This document shows, piece after piece, positions 52,434-64,000 of a stretch of 64,000 nucleotides of DNA. The notes beneath the pieces were generated by a model. The model made no database searches and was not told where the DNA came from. It saw only the letters and a list, made by a program, of their open reading frames with translations. Source of the DNA: Glycera tridactyla. Lineage: Eukaryota. A program made the translations under genes and the position numbers. Positions within the stretch are counted from its first letter, which is position 1. Each line of letters starts with the position of its first letter. The stretch lies in NCBI GenBank assembly GCA_965644265.1, contig OZ286463.1, forward strand, positions 38,502,001 through 38,566,000, given 5' to 3'.

Positions 52434-52987
52434 TACTACAATGATATCTCTTAGCAGTAAATATAGTGTCCAAATCATGTCCTTCTGCTAGATTATTTGA
52501 ATCCCTGGATCGAGACACTTGAAGCTGAAGCCAAGTCCATAATTCTGGCAACAGTTCATCTGAAAGTGATACTCACATAATACTCGCACGTGCAGAATTC
52601 TGGTTTCTGTTCGACGGGCACTTGATAACGTCACCATCAGGAGAGCGAAAGTCTGCCAACAACTACAAGCACTTATCAAGACAGGATTATGTGTCTGTCG
52701 GTGGCGTCAATATCATATGAACAGTCAGCGTAATTCATGGAACTCCCACGTCGTCTGGGCCCCAGCAAATCTGCCCCAAACAAAGTTTCCCTGAGGAACA
52801 TGACTATTGACGTTATTCAATATAGCCGCCCTCGTGTCTACTGACTGCAACCTGAAACAAGTCGAGAGAGCTTGCTCAGTATCATTCTAGTGTAAAAATC
52901 ATCTAAACCATGACAGAGAGGGTGACATACGGATTGAGCCATTAGAAATTTGAACCTCAAACCAGCCTCACACAATCTTCTCTCACT

Positions 52988-53296
52988 NNNNNNNNNNNNN
53001 NNNNNNNNNNNNNNNNNNNNNNNNNNNNNNNNNNNNNNNNNNNNNNNNNNNNNNNNNNNNNNNNNNNNNNNNNNNNNNNNNNNNNNNNNNNNNNNNNNNN
53101 NNNNNNNNNNNNNNNNNNNNNNNNNNNNNNNNNNNNNNNNNNNNNNNNNNNNNNNNNNNNNNNNNNNNNNNNNNNNNNNNNNNNNNNNNNNNNNNNNNNN
53201 NNNNNNNNNNNNNNNNNNNNNNNNNNNNNNNNNNNNNNNNNNNNNNNNNNNNNNNNNNNNNNNNNNNNNNNNNNNNNNNNNNNNNNNNNNNNNNNN
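52988..53296. other. Assembly gap (309 N)
   Basis: Run of N after CT-rich sequence. Confidence 0.98.
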
Positions 53297-56200
53297 CAAC
53301 TGCTCATCTTTGCTTGTTTTGCTGTACCATCACCATGACCATTATATTTACCCTCTTACTATCCCCAGACCACTATCTCTAGTGATATAACAAGTTCAAA
53401 CCACCGAGAAATCTCATTCCTGAACATATGATGCCATGTTTTGAGAGACACCCATCGAATCTTCCTTATAAACCCAGCTATAACTGGACTCATTGCTCCG
53501 ACTCAATCACCACGGTACGTCCGGTGTACAAATGCGACTATAGTAAATGCATGAGGGTGACCAAACACTGCTTTATCTGGAATGGGCACAGAAAATCTAC
53601 TAAACTTATCGGCAATTTTAAGCTGTTTGAGTAGCGATATCACATTGAAATATAATTTCATTCGACTGAAAAGTCCCGATATCGATCTCGACAAGAACAA
53701 ACCAGACGAAAGAAGTAGACGATGTCTTGAAATGCCGTGGGACTCACCACATCGATGACTGGATGACAGCATGGTGTCTGCAATATATCCTGGTGTGAAA
53801 CAAGAAAGACTTCTTCCAAAACCAACCACCCCCCCCCCCAAGCAGGCGCAGATGCTGTTATGCAGAGCTCCAGAAGCGATCCCTGCCAGTTGTGTCGTAT
53901 TGGCTTCTGTATGACCCCTGCACAGGCCTCGTGGACTGTGTGACATTTGAAAAACTTTAACAAAGAGTACTAATATCTTGAGATGATGATCCATGATTGT
54001 TGAAAGTTCAAGACTGAGTTCGTGGATACAAACTCTTGCGTTGCCCTTTTTTCCTTGGTGATTGTATGCTTCTGACGTCTTTTGTAGAATGTCTAGGCGC
54101 CCATGAAGCCCATTTTGACCCAAACAATTTGTTGATGACGTTATCGATTTGAAACTGCTTCTCACTTGTTTCAAACACCTATGAACAATGCAGCAAGGAA
54201 CAAAACAGTCATGAGACCCAGAGGGTAGTAGTGATATGACTTATGGTGCTCTATTATCAGCTTTACTCCTATTCGTTTCACATCGATTTGATATTCGAGG
54301 TTTGTCGTGATTTTCTGGCGAGCCTATTCAGAAGTAGTGATTGAATGGGGAAAGTTGGAGATGGGTCTGGTGATACAGATGTGACGTGCGACTAAAGCCA
54401 GGGTCATTTCAGTGCAGCCGGGAGAGGAGTGAATTTTCGAAAAAGTAACAGAATATTTGTGAAGCTGTTTACTCTCATATATTCGTGAAGTCAAGGAGCC
54501 AGTTGATCCAAGGCTGGTCTCCAGCCTGTAGCACTAACGCCAAGCTTCTGATGAGAACCACGTCCGGGAACGTTAATGCTGCCTCCATCGAGACGGGATC
54601 GGCACGTGTCTTCAATCGTGCTTATTTGACTAGCACATCAGCCTATCATTAAGATGTATAGAATTACACGTGTACATCTAAGGCTACGTGTTGGATGGTT
54701 AATCGTAGTTCAATGCCCTGTTCTGACATATAACAGGCAATACCTTGCGATCCTTGTCACACTATGAAACTGTGAGCATCACCTTCACTCCGTCAATTTT
54801 TTTAGGGTGATGTAATCCATGCGAGTGAGTCAATAGGATGTGAGTCAATAGGATATTTGATGAGGTCTATTCATAAGATGTTGAAAGAAAATTACATTAT
54901 GGGAATTCCATTTGTCAGAGCATCTGTCCAATTCACATGTGTATTGCGATCTCAACTATTGCTGTAATCTTTCTAAGAATACAGTATAATGCACATTCAA
55001 CTTCAAGGTATCTCAATAGCTGCTATCACTTAGTCAGCCAACGATGGGGTCGGCTCAATTTTATCCTCTCGACTACAAAATAGCATGAATCATCGATATT
55101 CCATAAGTCCTCTATTTTCCACTTCTCCCAAAGTCGGACAATACTTGCAGGTCCTCCTAGATCAATCACAGAAAAGAAAGTTGTGATGATCAACTACAGT
55201 ACACTTAGTGGGAGAGTGTACATCAGGCATTAGACCTTTTTTTGGTTTAACAATCTATTTTATTTCGCCATATACAGTTGGATGTACATCAATGACATTC
55301 TTTTTCAGGATGACGAAAAAAATAAGTACATATGATCAACTACGATTTGATGATACAAGATGATGGTGGACGATTACGATAATAATGATACAAATGAGAT
55401 GAGATGAGTTGAGATGAGTATGATGCAAACAAAGATTGACCCCTTGCTTCATGGCGTGGTATCAAAATATCAGGTATACATGGCTTTGAACATACTACTA
55501 TCTAGCTATTCATTGTATACCAATACAATACGAGTTCCAGTCATGTACAAGTATGAACACATAATTCAGCACCAGTGTTAAATGATGCCCATTGACGACA
55601 AATAGGGGCAGGAAGGATGTCCTGCCCAATTATATCGAATGAGCACTTCATTGCATTCATTTATACGATAAAGATAGAAAAGAGATAGGAAAGAGATGAC
55701 CTGAACATCCGTCTATTGGTCAACCATTATTTCTGAAGTAATTTCATACAGATCATCACTCCCACCTGAATATACCCTGACGGCAGATTACGCCAAGCAA
55801 TTCTCCATGCTTTTATGAAGTGACAAAATATTGATATATCATGTTGAAGTCCCTCCCGCCAGGCCCCAGAATGTAGAAGTATAGACGGAGAAATAATAGG
55901 CATTTGATGAATTTCCCATAAAATTCCTCAGTCAGGTAAGTTCCCTCTGGTCGGTAAATCGGCTCTGCACAGTGTTATACGAGGATTCTCTGCAACTGAG
56001 TACATGCCTCCTTGTAAGCTGGGGCTAGTTAAAGAATCGATATAATCTTTATATCGACAGATAGAAAAATAAAGTCGATCGAAAGGGTTAACAGGGAAAG
56101 GCTACCAACGAAAGTACAAAAGAGACTTTGGGATAAGTAGTTTTCTGGAATGACGCATGACCTTACCTCATGCTGAAACCATTAGGAATTAGCAGAATGT

Positions 56201-57439
56201 AGGGAGTGGTGACCTGCGTTCGTGCTCCTGGTGGGAGCGGAAGATGTGGAAAAGACGCTATGTCATGGATGTGAATGGCGTAGGTCAAACACTAGCTTTG
56301 CTATTCGACAAGGAAGGGTTGGGTCGCATCTGCAAACTCGGATGAAAAACTATCATGACCGGCTTCCAATGAGGTTGGCGAGACATAATCGCCAATGAAA
56401 GCTGTCCTTTGACATTCACAATGCCCCGCGTACCACTTTCGATTACTGCAACTCGGGACTTGCACAAATTGAAAAAAATACCACATGTACATTCAGCGCC
56501 ATATTTTGCGGCTTATATTGTGTCTTATTTTGTCTGGAATGCCAGCTTCATCCTGACATTCTTTCATTTATGTATAATTCACAAGGATTATTGATTTGAA
56601 ATCCCGCAAGCCAGCACCGGAAGCGGATGTTTGCTGTCTGGCGGGACAGATTGCTGTGTTGGCTACATCTGCGAGTAGCTTCCGATGGCCGCCTCTCAAT
56701 TTGTGCGATTAATGTTTTATCGTGCCTGCCTACTGTCAAATGGTGAGATATAAATTTTCTCGACTACCTCCTGGCATTAACGTCTGATGGGAGCCGCATC
56801 CTTACATCCAAGTCTAGTTTTTTTCAAATCTTGCATCATGGCCATTCACGTGAAGTACGAAAGAAACACGCAGAATCCAGGGTACACTGACGATGTTCAC
56901 GAGATAATTGCTTTCGAGTTTAATTCGCATGTGAATACCGAGTTGTATGAATGGTTCGTATACGTGCAGAGGAAAGGTTTAATAGACAGAAAGCGTTGTG
57001 TCTGATTGACACGATGCCAGTCAGTATGGAAGGATGATTTACTATTTTCTCACGAATACTTCGTGAGGAACGAAATAGCGAAGTTGTATCATCTGCCCAT
57101 ACATTTTTTTGGTCGAAGTGTGAATCTCAAAAGTTTAGAGACACATGGGTGAAGGGATAAGCACCTGACCATGAAAGATACCCGTCTAAGTTCGAATCTA
57201 ACAAATAGGAGGTGGTTTCGAGTTTGGTTGGAATTCTCTAGGGATCTGTGGGGCCCAATATACTTCTTAATGTGAAAGACGACTTTTTTGCATTAAACCT
57301 GAGCAGCTACATAAAGAATCACGGTGTCTACGGTCACTGCTGTATTGCTCGATTCTTCTTTCAAGGAGACAATATGAGCGTTGAAATTTCATCCAGCATT
57401 CAACTCACTACTTCTAGAATATCGCCTAGCCCAATAGTC

Positions 57440-58070
57440 ACAATGGCCTGAGAGCCATTGATTTTCTTCGTGCGTTTTCGAAGAAGAAATTAGGTATCAA
57501 AGATGTTCACAATAATCCCCAATGAGCGATGGTCCGATGAAGATCCAGTCGATAAACTAATGACTGAGGTGTTGTATCCGTGGGTTTCTTTGGTGTAAGA
57601 CCAGGAAAAGTCCTTTAATGCACGTGAGTCATTGTCGATTATGAGAACTTTGTCCATTAGCTGGCATCAATAATTCGTCTAGTGTTTGACAGTTGTGATC
57701 TTATCCAGACTTGCCAAAACCTCTGGTAAACTTTGTTTGATACTGGCGAAAATCGTCATCCCCTCCTCCTTTTGGAAAACTACCCATTGACCAATGGTTA
57801 CCAATCGACTGGTAATTCAGCATCTGGGATAGTTTCATACGTTGTCTCAGAAAGTGATTAGCATGATTATGTTTTGACCAAGAAGAATCATTTCGTCGAT
57901 GTGGCTGAAATTCTCTCTTGGATTGAGCTTGAAACGACTCTTCTTGCAATTCTGGTCGATTACTTTTGAAGCATAGATATGACATGTAATAATCATACAA
58001 CGAAGCATGTAAACAAGCAAATAGGGAATATCATGAGTATCGCCACTTATTGAAACGAACAGGAACATGG
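57440..58070 (-). mobile_element. Possible decayed L2 RT segment on the minus strand
   Basis: ISGDTH (cf. YADDTQ), about 37 aa later RFKLNP (cf. N.LKLN), then LVTIG..VFQ, and further on SLVYRLDL...GL (cf. LV.SRLDY...GL). The spacing of the last motif is about 30 aa too long. Confidence 0.35.
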
Positions 58071-58299
58071 TCAGTTAAGACTGGCCACCAGACTAAAATA
58101 TGCTCAAATATTCACAAACATATTGAGGCGACTGATTACCATGGTGCTCCTTTTTGTTCAACGGACGATCGTTTATTCCACAAATAAGTGAGAGTTCGAA
58201 CCTTTCCTGATCCATCTTACGTTCAGTTGATTATTAAGGTCAATCTAGAAGTTGGAGGACCGGTTCGGCGAGAGAGGTTAAACCTTTCCCGCAACAGGA

Positions 58300-58755
58300 T
58301 GTATTTCAGATTTAGAGTCACATTACTGCGAATCGATTTGAAGTCCCACTTGATTCAATGGCTGAGACACTACAGATGGTAATTGAATGCACGGAAAGAG
58401 AATGGCACCAACGTTTATCCAAAACCTACTGAAAGTACACAAGCAATCAGGCATAGTCACAAGATCATGCCAAGCTATCATCCTGGATGTGCCTCCAAGG
58501 TAAGCACCCATAGGACCATGCATTTTTCATAGCAGCATCAACTCTCTGGAATACCCAGTGAAACCCTTCAAACTTTCAAGTCATGCCCGAAGACCTATCT
58601 CTTCAGAGAGGCATATGGATGAGCTAAGAGAAGCTATCTCAGTTATATGAATGAACGAGCAAGCGCCTTTGAGCTGAGCTTGGCCCTGATAATATAGCGC
58701 CATTTAAATGCCACACGTTATTATTATTATCATTATTATTATTATTATTATTATT
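58300..58755 (+). mobile_element. L2-clade LINE 3' end with a (TTA)n tail
   Basis: MAPTFIQNLLKVH...TRS...LDVP, AFFIAASTLWN, TFKSCPKTYLFREAYG* (cf. AP.YL..LL...RS..L.VP, AFS.AAP.LWN, FKS.LKT.LF). The 3' UTR has AAGCGCCTTTGAG...ATAGCGCCATTTAAATGC, then ttattattattatc(att)n. Confidence 0.82.
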
Positions 58756-58829
58756 CTCACTAGATTGTGTGACCTGTAGAAATCGGTGGTCGAATGGTAT
58801 CACTAGTTAGAATAGATAACTGTTACAAA

Positions 58830-59240
58830 CACAGAACTGGAGGTTCATGAAACATCACAATTGGATCTCTTTGAACAGACCCATTTACAATGGTCCTGTG
58901 CCTTTGTGACATCGAAGAGTCCACGTGCAAGTGGAAGATGCAGATTGGTGGCGATGGTTAAACATCATGTTCAGACATGATGTTTTGTGCCAATCCCAGT
59001 GAACAGATGACGATATGAAGTCAGATAATGTTGGTCACACCCCAGACCATCATGATTGCAGTGTTATGTTTGTAGCAGAGGCTCGAATTAAGGTATGTCA
59101 GGATTGTAGGTGCTGGGGATACTGCCAGTTTGATAGCAATTGCTTGGCGCTTGTCAATTCTCATGACCATCACTGCTGATTCAGGCTGGAAAAATCTCCG
59201 CTGTGAGATACCAGTAGAGAAATGAGAACATGCACGACAG
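58830..59240 (-). mobile_element. Decayed Tc1-like transposase remnant
   Basis: Minus strand, in order: VL (~59228), SDG (~59170), IMMVWG (~59045) and FDVTKAQDH (~58900; cf. FQ.DNA.PH) at roughly Tc1 spacing. Confidence 0.42.
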
Positions 59241-62089
59241 CGTCTCCTGAGTCATGGAATAGATATCGGAGCAAATAAAATTAAATGTTATTGGAATATA
59301 GTTTTGTTTGTTTGAAACGACAGTAAGCATAACCAACTCCACTATAGACATCAAGAGTCATTCAGTGGGGTGTCCCTTGGTTGACACCTAGTGGCAGTAA
59401 AAGGAAATAGTGGAAATTGTTCCTCTTTCCTATATGACTGATGCCCCGGTGCAATCACAGTTCATGACAGAGATTCATCAACATGCAAATTCGTCCAAAA
59501 TCACGTGAGCGAAAGTGATAGAGAGCATTTGTTCGGAAAAATGATGCTGAGAATTCATCAGCCATGATAATTATCTCTTTGTACATCAGAGGCATAATTA
59601 GCTGATTGTGAACTACTTTTAGAGGGAGTGAAAGTCACTTTACTGTGAGTGCCACTTGTGTCTCTAAAGTGCAATACTCTGGTGAACTAAGTTCTGTCAT
59701 CCTCTATTTCAAGCTTCACGTTGGTTATCCGAGGTCTATTTCTGGTGCATCACCTGCCACATGTCACCGATTGCAGGAAAATCAACACAGGCAATAATAC
59801 AGGTCGGAACAACGACTCCGTTCTCATTTGTTTCCGGTCCAGATCTATCATCCATATGAGGTCTGGCAGCTGTAGTAATGATGCAGTTCATGCAGAAACT
59901 CAAGTGTAATGATCAAATACATAGTTCATGACGACCTGGTCACACAAATGCATGGAAAGGGCTCATGCTGAATGTAATAATGCATGATTTTCAACTTTCC
60001 AGAATTGTTCCTCGTTTGCACGATTAGCTCTAGACCGGATCACATGTCTTGAAAAAAGGTGCATAATTTTGAATGGATATCAATTCGTTTCGACGTCATT
60101 TGCTCATGCGTGTAAACAACATGACATGATATCCGGATTGATTGTCTAGCTACTTTAACCAAACTTGATATCTAGTGCATCATTTTGCACTCATTGAAAC
60201 CAGCTGTCTGTTCCCATGTAAATTCCTAAATATCCATCAGCGAGCAATTAGAAATATAGAAACCAGAATGATGCGAACGATGATCGACTACTTTGTTTAA
60301 TGTAAAGGGCAGCTTCAGCGTTTCACACGATATATTCGCCATTTCTCGCCGAATCTGAGATTCAATAGCACGAATGGATTGTGTAGGTCTTTGGGCGATC
60401 ATCTAGCGTTTATACGGCCAAACTGCCGCCATAATCGTCCGTGTATGAAAGACAGTGTAAATGCAGCCGCCGCACACGCTGTGAAACAAGCCTGAAATCG
60501 ACATATTTGACGTTCTAATTTGAAAAATACAAGAGACTTCGCCGACTCCACATAATTGATGGCCGCAGATGTCAACAATCCATATCGTCGCGTTTCATTT
60601 ATATCCGTTGAGAATTCACTATGCTATGACGAAAATCGTACCCGCCACCATTTGACATGACGGTTCATAGTAGGAGTTGCAGCAATAGCTTCTAGTCTTT
60701 CTGTGTTTGTTTTTGTTTAGCGTTTTTTTTTCAGAAAGTCCACGGACTCATACAGATGTATACAGATGCAGACGGATGAATACAGATGCATACATCTTGC
60801 CAATTGGGCTCGACTGATGGCCCAATTGCAGGGCATAAATAATCCTGTGGGTTGATACATGCCGTTAAACCTAAAAAAAAAAAAGCCCAATTGCAGTGAG
60901 AGGAAATGTCAAGTGAAGAGGGTAAGGGTCGTGAGGACATAAATGGCAATGCAGCGACTGACAGATTGGACCAGCGAATAGAGCACTAGACAGTTGGTGA
61001 TGTAATGGAGTTAGAACATACTGGGGGAGGCTCCATCAATGGGCAGTTCATCATTATGTTCTGCACGATATAATACATCCTGGTAAAATCTATCTATTTA
61101 TCTGCCCATCTATCTCCCTCTCTCCATCTGGCATATCTTGACCCTTATCATCCTTTGATGATTCTTGATCCTGATTAGTGTGCATGTGATGAATTCACAT
61201 ATAAAACACGGAATGTCATGTTGCAGCACTGGAAATTATGGATCTTGAGGAACTACAACAAGAATGGCTGACAATCTGTGCTCAACCACAAGATCATAGA
61301 TGGAGCACAGCCATCATAGGATCACATATCCTCAATCTACTGCAAGCTTAGCTTTATATGACCATGTTGAAACCTGAAAAATGCCCGATGCTGACCACAT
61401 ACTGAGACTCGAAATGTTCCAATAATATGATTCTCTTCAATGTGTAATTCAGGGCAGAGTAGGAGGCCTTGTGGTCCAGACTAGCATCAAGATGGCCACT
61501 ACTAGCTTTCAAGGGTTCATGTCTGAACGATTATCTGGTATTGACCTAAGGTCACTTGAAATTGTGTCAGCCATAGAGCTTTCCAACCAAGGCAGGTCAC
61601 TTTCATCAGATAGAAAAGACTAACTCAGAGAGTCAGCTCATGAAACTGAGACGATTCTGATGTTTCCCAATCCTCGCAAGCTCGTTAGAGATACCTGATT
61701 ATCAGGATTCGGAGGCCAAACCTAATCAATGACATAGTGGATATTGATGTAATCACCATGGCTTATTAGTCTGATACATTTTTGACATAGTCATTCAAGA
61801 GTAGAATTGATCCCATCGGGCTCATTACCATTTATTGCTGACTGATTTCAACGGGTGCTGGCTGCTAAAAGCCTCTGTTCAATTTTGTATCGAAACACTA
61901 TACAGTGTCAAGTGTTCTGTAGTGATTTCATAGGTAATTCTTTTCAAGAATTTCACACCTGGTCATAGCAGCCCATAGAAAGCCACCTGAAACCCAGGCA
62001 TTTTTTAATGACACTGACCAACACTGACCAAAGTGTACATGGCATTTGCTCGGATAGTTATCGAGGCTCTCTTGGGGAGCGAAGTCGCT

Positions 62090-62420
62090 GATGACCTCTG
62101 TCCTTTTCATCAACAGACTTCACCATCATCGCTTTCATTCTCCAATCCAACAGACCAGGTGATCTGCTCGGATAAGAAGAAAGTAATTGCCCCATCATCC
62201 CATCAAATCACCTGACATCTCTGGCCAGTATGATGACATATTCCATTATATCCAATTCGGGGGAGATACTGACTGTCATCCGATCCTGTCCACCATAACG
62301 TCGCTGCAATCTCCCTCGCAAATTGTTCTCGGGCTTCACATGCTATACATATACGATCAAGATTTCCTCCTGAACACGGTGACATCAACAATAAATGCTG
62401 CAGTCGAATCCTCTTGGGCC
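62090..62420 (+). mobile_element. Decayed IS630-Tc1-mariner transposase C-terminal remnant
   Basis: PFHQQTSP (cf. FQQD.AP), then after a frameshift HPIKSPDIS (cf. WP..SPDL.P) and DQDFLLNTVTS (cf. I.Q..I..LI.S). Confidence 0.38.
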
Positions 62421-64000
62421 GTTTGCATTCAGTAATTGGAAATGGATGATCAAAAACTGTCTTTCGATGTACCCAAGCATAAACAAACATTGAAATGAGA
62501 TGATATTTGATCGCTATGATGTGAATGTACATGAATGTCAGCATCGGAGTATCTGTCTTTGAAGACAGTTGACTCGTCAGCTGATAGTTTCCCAGTAACC
62601 ATCATAAACTCGTGTCTTTCTTTAAAGAGATCAACGTTTAGAATTTAGCGAATTTCTCTTTTTGAGTATTCACAATTTGCAGAACTATATACTGACATGC
62701 TTCAACGCATACCCACATACCTACGCCATATTATTCCTTGCTACGTCCATGAGTCTTGATCTAATTCAAATCACTTATCCGAGAAGATTGCAATAGAGTG
62801 AAAATATGAGATTTAAGATTGCTTAGAAACAGCTTTCAAAAGTCAACCTGTAAGTGACTAATGTCAACACCCACATCTTCGGTAGATTTTATATGTGCAC
62901 TACTCCAAGATTTCGCCAATCATTCATGTAATCGATAACTGCATTGACCAAAGCCTCTACACTTCGGTCATCAATTGGACCCTGGAATATTTGTCTAGAC
63001 TATACTATACTTGAGTACTATAACGAGTAACGAGGGTTTCTATTCGTATCTTCTAAATATAAAATATGGAATATTTCGACAAAGCCTGATCACTTTGACC
63101 CTTGAAGCGATTGGGTTACATAGTCGTTCCAGTATTTATCGAGTTACATGATGACTATGAACGAAATTGCCGAGGTGGGTATTGGCATTATTGCGCCCCA
63201 AAGATGATAGGGAAGAACGGGTGTCTTGAACGACTATGAATTAACTGTAGTCATCAGCGTGCTCGATCACAGGCTGCAATACTATATAAAAACTAATAGA
63301 AATAATGACAGGATGGTAAGAAAATAAATCTTGTTGTTTGCCACTTCCGGTGTAGGTCGGATGTCTATTAGTAAAGTCGAGACTGAGTTGGCCTGGTCTG
63401 TTGCCTTGGTCATTTGAAGATGACCAGGCCATCTGTCCTCTGACATCTGACATCGGTAATGATGAATCCATCGCATTCATGGACCTTCTGGAGAAATAGA
63501 TTACAGGAAACAATAAGAATATCCATCATCTAGATTGGGAACGTCAGTCAGAACTCTAATGAGTCCATCAATTGTGTTATTCACGCATAGATGCCTGCTG
63601 CTTTGAATATACTCAATTGTGAGCTGGATACAGTATAATAACAATTGATAAGCAGGGGGTAGTGAAAAAAGATAGGAATGAACGATGATCCTAGTGCTTG
63701 CTTGGTTGATAAGATATATCTGCTGTTTGCAGTCAATCACTCATTGAAACTGTGTTATCCAAAAGGAAAGAACAGGCGAGGACTGACTCAGAATAGACCA
63801 GACTCACAACATAGCCATTATATTGGTCCGATCCAGTCCGAGGACGAGGAGGAGCCCAGCCCAGCACGACGAGAATCACTCTCCGGTCAAATATGCTGTG
63901 GTTTATTCGGAAGAGGAGGTTCGTTGGTTGGCTGGCTGGTTGCTCGTGGTTCGATGGCATGTATCAACTCATGTCATGTGTTCCTGATATGACTCTGCAC

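Noticed and set aside
53503-54174. 223-aa minus-strand ORF, the longest after the GPCR
   Set aside because: It starts at TTG, has no recognisable domain and runs through a poly-C/G tract. The opposite strand shows faint L2-like RT motifs (IDDWM, LLYDP, IQTLALP), so it is probably a chance or antisense shadow.
55838-55885. VEVPPARPQNVEV, like the start of an FN3 domain
   Set aside because: It is followed at once by a stop and has no good acceptor.
57049-57067. Perfect 8-bp hairpin CTCACGAA-TAC-TTCGTGAG (similar short stems at ~42455-42495 and ~55608-55629)
   Set aside because: Stems of this size are expected by chance in 64 kb or from TE remnants, and no Helitron-type CTRR end is adjacent.
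57185-57205. GTTCGAATC B-box-like motif suggesting a tRNA
   Set aside because: No cloverleaf or A box.

Overview
Eukaryotic, repeat-rich DNA from what is probably a lophotrochozoan invertebrate. This is inferred from the GPCR family, the microsatellite load and the TE types. The window has six N-gaps of variable length, as in a scaffolded short-read assembly. There is one clear protein-coding gene: an intact single-coding-exon class A GPCR of the FMRFamide/peptide-receptor-like group (ATG 108, stop 1169). There is also one candidate orphan internal exon on the minus strand (24181-24341). The rest is largely decayed mobile DNA: several L2/CR1-type and RTE-type LINE fragments, a Penelope-like RT/GIY-YIG remnant, Tc1-like remnants, Tigger/pogo-like MITEs, a 1.08-kb foldback-like TIR element with an internal tandem array, minisatellites (35, 40 and about 70 bp) and many microsatellites. 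Almost all short ORFs in the supplied track look spurious (alternative starts, N-runs, microsatellites, TE shadows). I found no CRISPR array, no rRNA or tRNA gene and no multi-gene system I can support. The most unusual structures are a 4 x 413-bp array built from the 3' end of a dead LINE, the nested-inverted-repeat TIR element and the orphan exon. All TE calls come from manual translation and recalled consensus motifs, with no database searches.
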